A program made the translations under genes and the position numbers. A stretch of 63,932 bases of DNA, filler included, from Choristocarpus tenellus KU-1152 (taxonomy: Eukaryota; Protista; Phaeophyceae), in the NCBI GenBank assembly GCA_964200185.2. It is 14 parts of 14 records of this genome, joined end to end, with 100 filler letters (N's around TTAATTAATTAA, not from the genome) between each part and the next. Parts side by side here need not be neighbours in the genome. Positions count along the whole stretch, not along the records: positions 1 to 2,858 come from CAXNAD020024155.1; positions 2,959 to 8,585 come from CAXNAD020010203.1; positions 8,686 to 13,307 come from CAXNAD020013756.1; positions 13,408 to 16,161 come from CAXNAD020025031.1; 10 more parts are not named here. The stretch is one strand, 5' to 3'. The notes below the pieces were generated by a model. That model saw only the letters and a list, made by a program, of their open reading frames with translations. It did not search any database and was not told the DNA's origin. Below are positions 1-13,989 of this stretch, in pieces; position 1 is the first letter of the stretch; each line of letters opens with the position of its first letter.

Positions 1-9
1 GGGTTGTGG

Positions 10-42
<33 letters not shown>

Positions 43-790
43 GGGCATCATCGGGAGTTTTTTTTTTTTTTTTTTTTCCCCCCCCCCCCCCCCCCCCGCC
101 TTCTGTTAATATTCATGAGTAGTATCGATTCATGATTTTTTTTTGTGTGGGTACTATTGAGTGTACTCTTGAGTGTGGTACTGTACATTGGACTGCTCTA
201 TTGCAAGTTGTGATAATACTGTGTTGGGTGCTATTGCTCTCAAGGTACATAGTTAATTTTGAGTTAGTTTTGTTATTGTCAAAAGGAAAAAGATGAATTA
301 AATCAACACTAATCTGCCTGCCCCTGCCCCGCTTGTTGCCCTACTCTCTAAAACATTGCTGCATCCACTGCGGTGTTTGACCTTGTGGTGTGCAGGCTCC
401 AATGGGCCAGCTAGTGCAGGATCTTGCTGAGGGTATGAACCCTGCCTTCTCCCCTGTGTGGAGGTGGACTTGCAGTGCTCTCATGTACTTACCTATACTG
501 GTGTGGAAGATCAACGGCAGCAAGTGAGTTAGATATTGCTGCTTAGTACAAGCATAGGTATGGAGTGTCAAGTGAGTTAGATGTGGCGTGTGTGTTTGTG
601 TCATGCATGTTGCATGTGTTGCATGTGTATGTGAATATAGTTGGAGTGCATTTTTTTAATGAAACTTTGTCGAGTGCTTTCTGTAGGAAGAGAGTCACCT
701 TTTGGGTTGTTACTTTTTTTAAATTTTATTGGTTTGCTTGTACTGTACTGTACTGTACTGCTGTATCTATCTGTCTTTTTTTAATTTAAG

Positions 791-891
791 GTCAGTGAGG
801 ACGGAGATGGGAGACTGGAGGGTGATGGGCCCCACGTTGAAGGCGGGGATTGCCAATGCAGGTTGGGGCCTCTGCTTCTACTCTGCCCTCA

Positions 892-926
<35 letters not shown>

Positions 927-2451
927 TGTTTGTCTATACCAATTATAAAAATTAAAGTATGTGGATGTATGTCTTCTATTGTGGTAAGAAAAAACGCCAT
1001 ACTTTTTTTTGTGGAAGTGGAATGAAATGTTGGTATTCAAGGTTTAGGCTTATTTCACCTCTCTGTGTTGTCTCTTCTGATGTGTCGACTACTTTCTTAG
1101 GTGTGCTCTGACGTGGTATGTGGAGGATTTGCCAGTATTCATGCCCTCATTTTTAATATCTAAGGAATTAACTTTGTTGTTCCTGTTGTGTTACACGTTA
1201 GGTTAAAAGAGTTAATTGGTATGTTCTGTCACTATGTTTTATATATTCTGTGGACCAATCAATAGTCATAGGCACTGCACACTGCACACTGCACTACTTC
1301 TAGCTGAGTAAAACATGTTGCAGCACTTCAACTGATGTCACTTTTCTTGTACTCCCCCCCCCCTCCCCCCCAACACACACACACACACACACTCACACTG
1401 CCCTCCATCATTGATACCATCACATGTGCTGAAAGACTGATTTTTTTCTTAATTTTTTGTCAGTTTGCGTCTGCTGCTATGGTGGCTCTCTTTGCTTCTC
1501 TCACCCCGCTGGCCCTGGTAATATGGAGGGGTATCACGGGGGAGGCTGTTCACCCCATGGAGATGTTCGGTGTCGGATTGGCGTTGACTGGGGGTGTTGT
1601 CTCTACCATGGGAGGCCAGGGGGGTGAAGATGCAGGTGAGGTGTATTTTAAAAAAAATGTTTGGAGGAGTGAGAATGGTCTTGATTATTTTTTCCCTCTC
1701 CTTTTCAATGTTACATGGTTAATACCATTTAAAAAAAAGTATAAACGCAACCTCATTGAATTAAAAAAAGTATAAACAAAATTATGTTACGTTTTTGTGT
1801 GTGGGGGGGGGGGGATGGGGGGGAGGGGAATTTGGAGGTTGGTGCAGTAGTTACGTTTTTTTATTATGAAGTGATCCATTGTTCTATGCTTGTTTACACC
1901 TGTGTAGTCCCATTTATTTTATGAATGAGCTTAGGGTTGTTGCTGTTTGTGGCATGATCGTGGTTGGTTACATTTTTTCTAGCATTTAAAATGGGAGAGT
2001 GTTACTTGCTTGCTGGTGTACTGCAGTATGTGGCTATCATGCTAACATGTTCTTTCCACAGGATAGGCAAATGTCTTTTGTGTATGCACAGATTGTGTGA
2101 ATTATCACTTTGTGTAAAAAAAAAGAAGTCAATTTTTTCTTTTTCTTTCAATTTTCTGTTAACTTTTTTTTATTGCACGGGTTCTTGTCTTTATCCTTTA
2201 TTGTCAATTGTGATATTCTCGTCGTTTTGCATGTTTTGTTCCTCTCTGTACCTTTTTTGGTCAATGTTGTTGCCTATGATATTGTTTTCCTATATGTATT
2301 ATCCTTGGGGGTATCGGTATGGGGCAGGTTTTGATTCTGGAGCAGATGATGACCAGGAAGGTAGTTCTCAGCTGTTGGGGGTAATGCTGGCGACAATGAC
2401 TGCGTGCTGGGGAGGTGTTTATATTGTCAATGCCAAGGTCGTGCGTCCCAA
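791..2451 (+). CDS. EamA/drug-metabolite transporter (DMT) family membrane protein, three internal exons (partial)
   Basis: Exons 791-893, 1464-1635 and 2328-2451 have AG/GT boundaries and compatible phases (0, then 1). Spliced peptide ...GIANAGWGLCFYSALK|FASAAMVALFASLTPLALVIWRGITGEAVHPMEMFGVGLALTGGVV...|...LLGVMLATMTACWGGVYIVNAKVVRP follows the EamA repeat pattern. Confidence 0.8.
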
Positions 2452-2858
2452 GTGAGTGGGATTTTGTTTATCTTATTATTAATTGAGGTTGATGCTTAAA
2501 AAAAAATGTGTGGAGAGTTGGGTTTAAAAAAAAAATGAAGTTTTGTAGAAAAAAACGATGGGAAGAGTTCTCTTTTTTAATTTTTTATTGAGATGTTGTA
2601 TGCATGATCGTACACACTTTAGTAAGAGGCTGCTATTGTTTTGGGTAGGTTGATCATTATATTTTTATTTTTATGGATAGATACGGTACATGTATTCACA
2701 GCTCCGTTGATAGTAAGTATCCTGAGGGTTGTATGTCGTTGTGTGAACCTGACCAAGGTAATTTTACATGTTCTTCTTACAGACTCTTCCTGGCCATCAC
2801 TGACCAATTCTTCCCCAGAGCACTCACCCCACCCCACACTACAACCACCGACCTCCCT

Positions 2859-2958
2859 NNNNNNNNNNNNNNNNNNNNNNNNNNNNNNNNNNNNNNNNNN
2901 NNTTAATTAATTAANNNNNNNNNNNNNNNNNNNNNNNNNNNNNNNNNNNNNNNNNNNN
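2859..2958. other. Artificial contig-joining linker N44-TTAATTAATTAA-N44 (first of 13)
   Basis: Identical 100-bp spacer with stops in all six frames. Also at 8586-8685, 13308-13407, 16162-16261, 18982-19081, 22468-22567, 29333-29432, 33753-33852, 36802-36901, 39858-39957, 48073-48172, 52916-53015 and 58455-58554. Separate 10-N scaffold gaps occur at 37348, 52354, 55145 and 60914. Confidence 0.98.
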
Positions 2959-3218
2959 CCAGTCAATTTTGGGTCAAGCCCATCCTCAATGAAAAGCTCC
3001 ATCCTCAATTTTTGAAATCGGCTGTTGTATGTAGAGTTGGGTTCTTTTACAATTAATTGTGTGAAGGATATTTTCTGAATTTGTCGAAATTTTTTCAAAC
3101 AATAGAGAAATAGATGCTCTCAAGTCAAACTTTGTACTTCGTCCATAGAAATATGAGTGAATTGGAAAAGATCGAAAAACTGGGTTAATGTGAAAAAAGG
3201 GCTTTGACCCAAAATACT
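2959..3218. mobile_element. Short TIR element, family C
   Basis: The start (agtcaattttgggtcaagccc) is an imperfect inverted match to the end (gggctttgacccaaaatact). Homologous pieces lie at ~21885-22025, 56871-56948 and ~63762-63839 (-). Confidence 0.6.
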
Positions 3219-6200
3219 TAATGAGACGATTGGAACTACTGGACGTTGTGAACTTGTCTAGCCACTCGAGCAGTCCATTCTGCGTAGCAAATGAGTTTCC
3301 CACTTCAGCACAACTTGACTTTTGCTTTTTTGTCTTGAAAGTTGAAGTAAGTTCGTGTAGTACCGCACCCGACGAGTTCACTCAATTGATTAAATTCAGC
3401 AAAATATTGAGACTCATAACCTTTTAGAAAGGCCGTAGATAGTCTGGACTCTTGGCTCTTGAGAGTCCAGAAGAGGAATGGAGAGAAATTACTTGGTGTC
3501 CTCAGGTGTCTTTGTTATTTACACTCTGTATGATCCTTCTATCTGTGAAGATAGGATAAAAGTTGAGAAGAGAGAAGTGAGAAGTGAAAAGCGACCACCA
3601 ATTCAAGGAGAGGGGCTCTGGTAGAACCAAAATTCATCGTGACAAACAAGTTCAATCAAGAACCCGTAACACTTCAAGTTCAGTCAAACAGTCATATAAA
3701 ACAATAATGTGTATATAACAATGTATATGATACATTGTGATACATTGTACATTTTCTTGTATTTAAATATACCTGCTCCAAGCGCTACGGAGTGCTGTGA
3801 TTGCTCTAGTAGCTTGTATGATGCTATAGAACTAGCTCCGTAGCTTCTCTGTCTTCGACATGCGGTCTGGACCTTGTAGATGGACTTCCTTGATCTCTTG
3901 CACCTTGATTTTATGACACACCACGCCTCAGTCAGGTTCATTTCATCCCCAAACACCACTGTCAACTAAAGAATCAATAAGAAGGCCCCAAAACTACTAC
4001 ATATTTATCATGTCTTAATTCTTGGCTAGGGACTAGCCCGACCTGTGGTCAGATGCACCAATATTAATATAACCCCTCACTAACTACAAAAAAACCTGCC
4101 TTGACACTTTGCACCACTCAATATTATATACTCCAGATTATAATTTCAATCCGCACTACAAGCCTTGCTTCTCATTGAGTAGGATTAAGCCGCCATTTCA
4201 CAACTCTTTTCCTCTGCTTCTTGCCTTGAATCTTGTTGAGCAGTACTCTCTTCCGCATCTCTCCACAACGAAGCAAGCCCTCCACCTTGTTCCAGTTTCC
4301 CCTCAACTTTTGTGATACAGTGACAGACAGGATAGTACAGCTGAATAATCCGTAGCGCTTGCCAGCTGGACTTCGGACCATCAAGAAGTCGATTTTTCTA
4401 AAATGAAATTTGGTGCCAAAAGATTAAAAATAAAAAAAACTTACCTATGCACCACCACTGGTTCCAGGTGTTTTTTTTGGTGAATTGCTTGTTTGTTGGT
4501 CTTGCATATTATAATTGCTTAACGCACTCACACACAACATGGACGATGTTTATACTCTTTTCTTGCATCGCACAACCAATAGTCCTCACTGCTTCTTATA
4601 GAACGATATTGCTGACAATCAAGGCAAAGCAGCTGTCAGATTTCACTCGATAAGAACAGCAGCTTCATTTATGGGGAGCGTCAGTTTGTCACACTCATCT
4701 CTCAATCTCTCCCGTCTGTTCTGCAGTGTATCTTCAGATGGAAGGTAACCTGGTGATTCAGGCAGCTAGCTACCTTTGAAGGCATATGATAGTGAGCAGC
4801 ATCCACCCCGTACTTGTTGTAAAGCTGTAGGGTAGAAGCTATTCTTTACTGTTCTGAGGCAAGGGAGTACCGCACCATTGCAGGCGTTATTTGGATGGGG
4901 CAAAAATGTTGAAAGTTTGAGGCCAATTTTTTCTTACCACTAGGGGTAAGTATCATATTGCCATGCCCCTTTGTCAACTAACGGTTAACCATTGACTTAG
5001 TTTCAATTATTATGCCCTACATTTTTGTAGGACGGCAAGCTGCATGATCTCTTCAAATTTACATTTGACTTTGGTTGCACCTCGTGCTACATACTTTGGT
5101 TGTAGGCGGGCGGTTATCCAATGGGGATATATTTGGAATGGGTTTGCGCTCAGTGCTCCAAGCGATTAGTGTGCAGTAGTAGTTTGACAGGGTTTAAAAC
5201 TCTATTTGCACTCAATCCTTGCTCCTAGTGCAATCAGGCCCCTCTCAAACTAACTGCGACGACATGGAATTGAATAATCACAACAAGAATCACTCTTGCA
5301 ACTTCCCTGACACTTGAAATGACCAATGTAAGGTTGTCGTTAAAGATCTATATTATCATATGGTGAATGCATGGGAGTAAGGATTTAACTCCGTTAGACC
5401 TTCCCACCTGTTGAAAACATTGGCGATGGGACCTACGGGATCCAGATTCTTGTTAAAGATAGCCAGAAAGGATTTGGTGTATACACCCTGATCTTTGTCC
5501 TGTCCTCACACCTGCACCCCAGAGAAATATGTTACGACTACGTTTCTGAGTTTTTTTCTCTGTATTCCTTGCAACCATATCCCCTTCCATGCTCGATCAC
5601 TTCACCTCATTTGATTGTCATTTCTTTACACTACTTGTCTGAAACTAATTCCACCCACCAGACCAAGGTGATACTGCGAATAATCCAATGGTCCCTCCTT
5701 CTATGTATCCTCCCTCCATCGCGAACTTTGTTGCTTCCCCTTAACGTAGAGACATTTCACCAATCATTCTTCTCTAATGCCCCCTCTACATTGCGAAGTT
5801 AATTTGTTGGCGGGTGCCTTGCATGCTGTCATTTACATCGGAGGGAGCCAAACCTACTGGAGAACCCCCTTTCTCATCTGTTTTTGTGGGAATGTCCATC
5901 TCCTGCACCTGTTCTTGCGGTAGAAATCCTCTACTTCGCGAAAAAGTTGAAAGATGCATCTCTCAATATGCCGCAAGTACAAGAAAAATGGGCGATGGCT
6001 CAGGAAATAAGGGGGGAGATTACCCAAGAAGCATGACTCCCGGGGGCATGGCAATGATCACATACGCACTGCTTCCATTAAATTCGTATGTGCTCCTTCT
6101 ATCCTCCCTTCCCTCAATCAAGAAATAGTCCACTATCCTAAAGCAATTTCCTACATTCCTGCTCTGTGCATAGCCCCGCAGACACCCATTATACCTATTC

Positions 6201-6402
6201 CCACTTCTCCCGAATGATTCAACACCTGCCTCACTGTCGCACTGATGAAGATTTTCGCCTTTCACACGAGAACATGGTCGATTCTGCATCGCTGATGGAA
6301 TTCTTTTGATTGTTTTCCAACAGACCTACACTTCACAGTCAGAGGGGTGCCATGCTGTCAACATCTCCCAAACCTACACAATGCCATTGAGTTTGGGCTA
6401 TT

Positions 6403-6732
6403 TGTGCAAAATAGGACAATAGTGAGGTGTACCTTGTTTGTGTATATGACATTATTGTGTTGAATTGAGTCCATGTGATGTAACTAATGAGATAGATAGT
6501 ACATCCGGATTATGTATTGGTATTTATTCCGCATTCAACTACTTTGACATAACCGTTGACTTAGATAGGAAGCACAAATAAATAATAAACAAGCAATGAG
6601 AAGAGACCACACAAGTTCACTCTTCCAATTACAACCATGTAATCACGTTCAGCAAAGGGGGTCATGTGAGGCTTCACACCTTCTTATCTTCACTGCTAAC
6701 AAATGGCATTACCTCCCAAGGTAATTTGCACA
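6403..6732 (+). mobile_element. Solo LTR of the Ty1/copia family at 16962-18930
   Basis: TGTGCAAA...TTTGCACA termini. Perfect 5-bp TSD CTATT (6398-6402 and 6733-6737). Collinear with 16962-17293 and 55078-55386. Confidence 0.93.
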
Positions 6733-8511
6733 CTATTGATACGCACTTGGAGGAGGAAGACCCTCCCTGTGCCTATGCTGGGGGCGGTTGCCTCAACGTT
6801 CAACATTTCTGTTGTCATTGCGGATGACTGATGACTCTCACCCTGGTTACGTAAGGCTGCACGACATGATAACAATAACCTATTCCGCCAGAGAATTTTG
6901 AGCGCCCCTAGAAGAATTCAGCCACCACGAAATGCCACTTCCACTTCTACAATCCCTTCCCTTCAAGCAACCCTCCTTACGATGTTTGGGGGTTGTTCGA
7001 TGACGACAGTAGTGACAACACTATTCATAACATGTAGAGGAGTATGTTGTTACCCACGTCACAGGTTTGGTTCTACGACTTTTTTTCTCAGTAGTCTTCA
7101 TGCCTTCACTAAGTACATCAATTTTCAGTATTTTCCCCTTTTTTTAACCTCAAACGCAAATTTCGTCACCCTGTTTAGGTATATATTGTCATAGTATGTT
7201 TTTACAACTACTACCTCTAACTGGGTTTGTGAGAGGATAAATTGTTGTAACATCGTACTTAACTGCAAAACGTATATTGCGTACAATAATTTGTAAACAC
7301 CTTCACGCAACATGGCGTCCAGGTTTGAAGGTTGAGTGGACAGGGTGGTTACAGGGGTTTCAATACTCCCTCGTCAAGGGATGAGTCAAAACAAGTTCGG
7401 AGTCAGGACCGGAAATAACCAAATAATTGGTGCCCACAGCACATAGTTGGTGCCCACAGCACCAAGTCTCATAGGGAACAAGTACAATGGATTCCGTACA
7501 ATCTGTGAGAAGTCTTTATTATTCGAATTGAAGGGTACGATGATAGCATGTACTAATCTATGAGTAGAAGAACGCCTCTCGATAGTGCCCAAGAATCACT
7601 CACGCATGACTCAAACTCGATGTGCTGCCGATCTATCATCCGTTTTGCTGCCACAGCGAGTATTTCACGTCCTCTCCACACCTGGAGTTGTACTTGCTCA
7701 CAAGCAGGCTCTAGCTAATCATGCGGTAGTTAAACACTCGATCAAGGCTGTGTTCGCCTCTGTGCACGATGCCGAAGTAAGACTAAACGCTGCACCTACA
7801 CTCATCGACATGGACGACCCTGATCTGATCGCATCCAGCGTGCAAGACGACGATGAACCACGCGTGGAATCGATTGGTGAGCAGAGAATAACAGCTCTTA
7901 TCACTGTAGAAGAATTTATGCATATATACTATCGCCATGGTAGTTCCTTGCGCGTGCCGCCCCATAGGCTGATGCAGGTGCCGATAAGCCGACCTCTCGC
8001 TTATGTTGACCACTGGTGGTAAGCTTATTGTTCGGGGTGGTAACAGCAAGTTGAGGTTCATGGTCTCCACAGGAAAAAGAAGTCATTGATTGCACATTTC
8101 CAAAGGTTGACAGCGAACAATAGTAGTAGTTCTTTCCAATACCATATGGTTGGTTGTACTGCTTTGTGTCCAAGTGAGTTCTCCTCCACACTAATTTTCT
8201 GTATGTACTATTCGATGGAAATCGTACAATCCTGTGCGCACCAAGCACAGATGTTGCAACACTACCTCGGCTGCTTAACATGCGCTGCTTATCCTTTTCC
8301 TCTGCCGCCTGTTGTCGAGGAGCAAAAATTGAGTAGTGCGCGCTACGATGCATGTATGCTCTCGACAGTCTAGTGCACGTGACAATATTGCAGCTGTGTG
8401 TGACTCCGGGTGACCCAATGCATATGGCACTACCTATCCTGACCCTCAAATTAAGCCACGACATCTCAGTCTGTCCCAATGTAAAACTTGCTATTATTGA
8501 AAAAAAGATGT

Positions 8512-8585
8512 GACCCAAAGTATCTGGGAGGGGGGGGGGTGGTCTACACCAGGGTGCCCATTTGGGTAAAATGACGAAAAGGGCA
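8512..8585. mobile_element. MITE family B, left end, cut by contig end
   Basis: GACCCAAAGTATCTGGG-(G)n-TCTACACCAGGGTGCCCATTTG. Other contig-terminal B fragments are at 13286-13307, 22447-22467, 22568-22587, 29433-29486 and 39958-39995. Confidence 0.85.
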
Positions 8586-8685
8586 NNNNNNNNNNNNNNN
8601 NNNNNNNNNNNNNNNNNNNNNNNNNNNNNTTAATTAATTAANNNNNNNNNNNNNNNNNNNNNNNNNNNNNNNNNNNNNNNNNNNN

Positions 8686-8886
8686 GATTTTGATGTAATT
8701 TTGGCTATCGTGTTTGTTAGGAAGTGTCAATATCCTTGTTCCAGGCACACCTTTTCATAACGTATACACTTTACCTACTCCGAAACGTTTTGGAATAGGA
8801 AAATGTAATAAAAAACATAGGAAGCCAAGCCCAAATGGACGAACAGGGCAATACTCTTACCCTCTCTTAATAAGATACTTTCACTC
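8686..8886. mobile_element. MITE family A, partial (contig start)
   Basis: Collinear with the full copy at 10119-10378; ends in TAAGATACTTTCACTC. Confidence 0.85.
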
Positions 8887-8902
8887 GGAACATATATATA
8901 TG

Positions 8903-8933
<31 letters not shown>

Positions 8934-10118
8934 CACAAAAGCACAGAGTGCAGACTGCAATCCCACCTCGGTTCCTTGGATGCTGCAGATCCAACCACCG
9001 ATGTTTCCCACGCTTCAGTAGGTTCAATGAAGGGAAACCCTTACCGAACTGTTGTGAAGGCCACGTTCAGGATTTTTTTTTTTCTCTGTAAGGTTGTATT
9101 GGAGAGAGCCCCAATGTTGAAGATCACATCCATACGGAAATTGCAATTAATTGTGAAGTGGTTTCTATCTTCCAAGGTTCAGGGGCCACCCATCTCCCTG
9201 CAAGTGCTATGCAGTTGGTGCATCATGGGTGAGCAATGTCGGACTCTCATCTATCTTGAAAGTGCCTATGTAATATTGAGCATTGCAAACCTCCCCTAAT
9301 TTTTGCTCAGTTTGGTGTCTACCAATGTTTATCATACCGGGAAAAACTACAATCACAGCAGAGGGTTGTTCTCCTCCCCAGTAGTGTCTTATGTTGCTCG
9401 GCTTCAACAATACTGGGTCGCCGCTGGGTGTGTACAGCAACAGGGCTCTAGGTAAGAGTATCCTACATATGAAATACTTGATCATTTGTCACATGTTTTG
9501 AAGGTATTGCCTGCCTTAGAGTCGGCAGCATGGAGCTCCAGGGGAAAACTATAGCACTGATGGTAGTTATTTTCATGGAAACTAATTGCATTGAATGGAA
9601 TCAAAATGCACATTTCAAATTATATATGTTGTCAGTGTGTATTATCCCAAGTAATCTTGTGGGTTGTGAAATTGTAGGTTAGAGAAGTGTCCAAAATGTT
9701 TTGGTCAAGGATAGCAGTTTCTTTGTGTCGTCTGACATTTTATTTTACCCAGAGCTGTGTAGTCCTTACAGCATATCCGCACAAGCATCTGAACAGTGCT
9801 CATCGCAAATTACAATGTGTAGCTTGATACTGTAGGTTTCTTTTTTACGAAAAAGCCCTTCAGCGCTATTGGTGGCAATATTGATAAATCCGGTCCAGGA
9901 CAATCACATCTTTGTGGTCTAGTCGGCGAATAGGTCTGCGTGAATCAAGTTGCCAGTCCAGTTGGTCAGGTTAGCTCATGCTTAAGAGTCAAAGTATCTT
10001 AGAGGGTAGAGCCGTGTCCATTTGGGGGCCAAAATCAATTTTTTGCAATTTTCATATGATGTCCAGACTTGCGTGAATCAATTTACAAGTCCAGTTGGTC
10101 AGGTTAGGTCATGGATAA

Positions 10119-10378
10119 GAGTCAAAGTATCTTAGAGGATGGAGCCGCGTCCATTTGGGGACCAAAATCAAAATTTATAATTTTTTTGTAATTTTGCTTA
10201 TCATGTTTATTAGGTGATGTCAGTATCCCTGTTCTGGACACGCCTTTTCACAACGTTTATATTTCACCTACTCTGGAACATTTTGGAGTATGTAAAGTGT
10301 CATTAAAACCCATGGGAAGCCAAGCCTCAAATGGACAAAAAGGGAAAAAAACTCATACCCTCTAAGATGCTTTCACTC
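10119..10378. mobile_element. MITE family A, full length (260 bp), PIF/Harbinger (Tourist)-like
   Basis: TIRs GAGTCAAAGTATCTTAGAGG / CCTCTAAGATGCTTTCACTC with a 3-bp TSD (TAA). The left end plus flank is tandemly duplicated 133 bp upstream (element end at 9986). Confidence 0.9.
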
Positions 10379-11371
10379 TAAACTGTGTTCAATGCGACAA
10401 AGATCACTGGAGAGGCCAGGAAAAATATTTTCCATGACCTGCTTGTACTGCATCAGTATTCACATCTGGAACGATATTTAAGTGCTCGAGGTCACCCCTA
10501 GTAATAAACACATACAAATATGGTAAGAAGCACAATGAACATGCTTCCTCTACGCTAACACTATTATCAACACAAGTTTGGTCAGAATGCTCGTATCTGC
10601 TGCACACAAGGAAAAGATCCCCACAAAAGGGGTTTCCGTCACGTTGGCAGGTGTTTGTATGTATAGTATGTGAGGTTGTGTTAAATATGCGCGGACCTTT
10701 CATACATCATGTATCAATGATCTCCTTAGAATGTTTGCCCTGAAGTCATTTCCTTACCAGACAAAGACTCGCCTCACAGTTTTCCTTGTGCACAGTTCTA
10801 ATTTATTTATTGTGGCTAATTGAATAATGGGTAGTAGCTGTTTTTGAACATTTTTCATCACAGCAGTTACATCTATCAAGATACGTTGTCACAGTCATGT
10901 CTCACGTCCTTAAGAACAAGTTAAGTCCACCAGTAACAGCTCTCGGAAATGATTTTTTTAAAACATACCTAGAAGTACGTCCTGATGTTCTCACACAATC
11001 AGTGCATGGAAGAAAAGTATCTCTAGAAAAGAAAAAGTGGGGGACAGAGTATGAGGAAGGAAAAAACATAACATTGGGGAAAAAATACGTGCCAAGTATT
11101 ATTCTCAAGTTTTGTCACTTTTTCCTTGTTGGAAACATTGCGAAAATTACTGTGCTCAGGAATGGAGGCAAGATTTTATTTTTTTGCTCACACACATCTT
11201 GCAGATGTCATTTTGATGGGAACAAAAGCAATATAGAGGTCACAATGAACACAACAACAGTCTGTATTGCTATCAAACGAGGTGTAAGTAATACACACCG
11301 CCGGTAGTTGAGTGTATGTGATACCATGTACTATTTGAAAAGAAGACACGTATGCCTTCCTACGTTTAAGA

Positions 11372-11408
<37 letters not shown>

Positions 11409-13989
11409 TTGCAATAGTTGTGTTCAAACCTGAATCAAGAAATAAATGATACCCACAGTGAAATCTACTCCTAGATTTGTATGCATGAAGGAGATGTTGA
11501 AACAAGGACAAGAATCCCACTAGCTCATCATGCCCTATCCAGTCCACCAGTCCAGTGTCCGATGGACCTTGAATGGGCTCCTTCTGTAGTTATGAATACA
11601 ATCTATTGCAGGAATTCCTTCACTACTCCTCATACCATGCACCATGCGAGTCCCTAAATCTCACAGTAATTTCTCTGAATTTGCCTCACCCTTATGAGTG
11701 CAAACATAAGCAAAAACCACCCATGCACACATTTAACAAAAAATTATTTGACACGAAATTATGCTTCTCTTACCATCTCATTGCTGTGTTTGAATTGTTG
11801 TGTGTGATGCATATTGTAGTTAAAAACTATTAGATTGTTGACCACATTATGTTTTTTGTTTATAAAACATGGAAGGGGGTGTGTTGAAAATATATAAATA
11901 TATATATAGCATTGTGTAACACACACAAAAATCATTGAGGATCATTGATTGGCCTGACATAGTAACGTGGCTTGATCATGTAGGGACATGAGTCAAACGT
12001 GTCTTGAAGGCTTTGTCTTGAGTGATATATTTATAGATCTGGGGCACCCCCCTGTCTGATGCAGTGCATTTTGATGCGGCTATTCCAGGGCTGAGGTTTC
12101 AATGCACCTGGTCCCCCCTGCAGACTGGTACGAATATGATGTAACTGGATCGGTTCAGGGAGATAAGATATTTCTACAATCTGGGTCACATTCATGGCAT
12201 AGACCCCAGTCATGCTAACCATCTTGGCCCAAAGATCGGCTCTGCTTTTTTTGTTCTTTCTTGTGCATTACCAGCATCAACATAGTGTCAACTCATCTGA
12301 AGTGATTATCAATGGAGATGAAATCATGTTGAACTTGTACGAAAGATAGCCTTGTCCTGTAGCAGTTTTCTTGATTCAATCAAAGTTCTTCTGATGAATC
12401 AGTTGCAGTTTCGTGGTTATTTTGTAGTTGAAATTTAGGAAGTTGCACCTCAATTGCGCCAATTCTTGTATCAAGAATGAGGGGTTTTGGAGGGGATTCC
12501 TTCACTTTTGAAATGTTGTATGTTGTGCAGTATTTGGATGTTGCTTGTTGTGACCCTGGGTCAGAACAGGAGTTGCCAAGACAACTTAGAGTGTTGTGAC
12601 GCCCCAATTAAATCCTCACATATTCAGCCAGATCTGTCATAGGTAGCCTTCGCCTTTGATCCAGGGGAAATTCTTCATAGCAGGTCTTCCATGCAATGAT
12701 AATCAAGACATTTTCCATGTGAACCACTTTGCATGATGTCACATCTCCATTCAATCTGGTTTTCCACGATACTTAGTCTAATGTAAAACCAAACACTTGA
12801 ACTTAACTGCACCTTGCCTTCCCCCTCCGGCCCACACCTCCCAAACATCACTCTCCCTGCACATGGTAATTGCATCTACCCTGGAATGTCCTTACGGAAA
12901 GGACTGTTGAAAAGATTCCTGAAAACACAGGGCAGATGGAGAGGGAGGCTTCGAATCACTTCAACCCCACCCCAACTTTAGCGAGATATCGCTATGAGAA
13001 TGAGTTGAAGGTTGCTTTAGATATGTTAGAGACGTATTCCTGCCCCCGTCCAAAGTAATGCAGAGATCATCAAACTTTGGACATGAATAAACACCACATG
13101 TGTCATACACTTCAACTACAACAATACTTAAATATTGTTGAGAATAGGTTACTAGTGTATGTTGCACATTTTTATGGATGCCTTTGTTGAGGGTTGGGTT
13201 GGGTAGTGACTGCAAATATGTATTGTTATTCCTGTTGGTTTTGGCTATGTGTGACAAATCAAGAGTGCTCATCATGTAAGGAGGGGGGTCAAAGTATCCG
13301 AGGGGGGNNNNNNNNNNNNNNNNNNNNNNNNNNNNNNNNNNNNNNNNNNNNTTAATTAATTAANNNNNNNNNNNNNNNNNNNNNNNNNNNNNNNNNNNNN
13401 NNNNNNNGGTACCACGGTATAACGGTATATGACATACAGCAATAACGGTATAACAACGGACAAACATGCTTTCCACACAAACGTTAATGTTAACTAAGAA
13501 TTCCGAGAAATCCATTCTATTCTGGATTTTGTATAATGTGGAAGTAGGTTGTTGTGTGCAATGACTGTTTTTGACTCACTAACCATTCTTCCCACCTAGA
13601 ACTTGCATTATGTATAAAGTAATAGCTGATTACAACAGATTTATTGTTCATATAGATAGGTGTCGTTTTTGGTGAATTTGGGCATCTTGCTACACAAGTA
13701 GTTCTTGGAAGTGGTTAAGATGTGTAGATGTCGTTGTCGCATCCTGCTTTTTAGTACAATGACGAGTTACGCGATTTCTTTATTTTTTCGGAATACTGAC
13801 TGTTGTACTACCTCTATGCTGTAAGTCTGTGCCACGTTGTCTATTACCTTTAAGGATGTCGATGAAATTCATTTATCAAAGATTTGGAATCCTTGACGAA
13901 TTTCTGGTGAAGGTCAGCTCTTTTTATTATTATTACTCCCCATCCCTCACAATTTTATCAGCCACAGAAAAAGCCTCCATGTCTACCTT

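Noticed and set aside
5560-6300. RT-like (MPPG…SPPLF) or zinc-knuckle-like (CDHCHAPGSH) fragments on the minus strand
   Set aside because: The motifs lie in conflicting frames and are too degenerate to call.
7030-8022. LTR plus PBS (…AAACA TGGCGTCC at 7312) and gag-like ORF 7585-8022; also TGGTTCTACCAGAGCC at ~3614-3630 (-)
   Set aside because: No second LTR copy, TSD or recognisable retroelement protein motif in the window, so it is unsupported.
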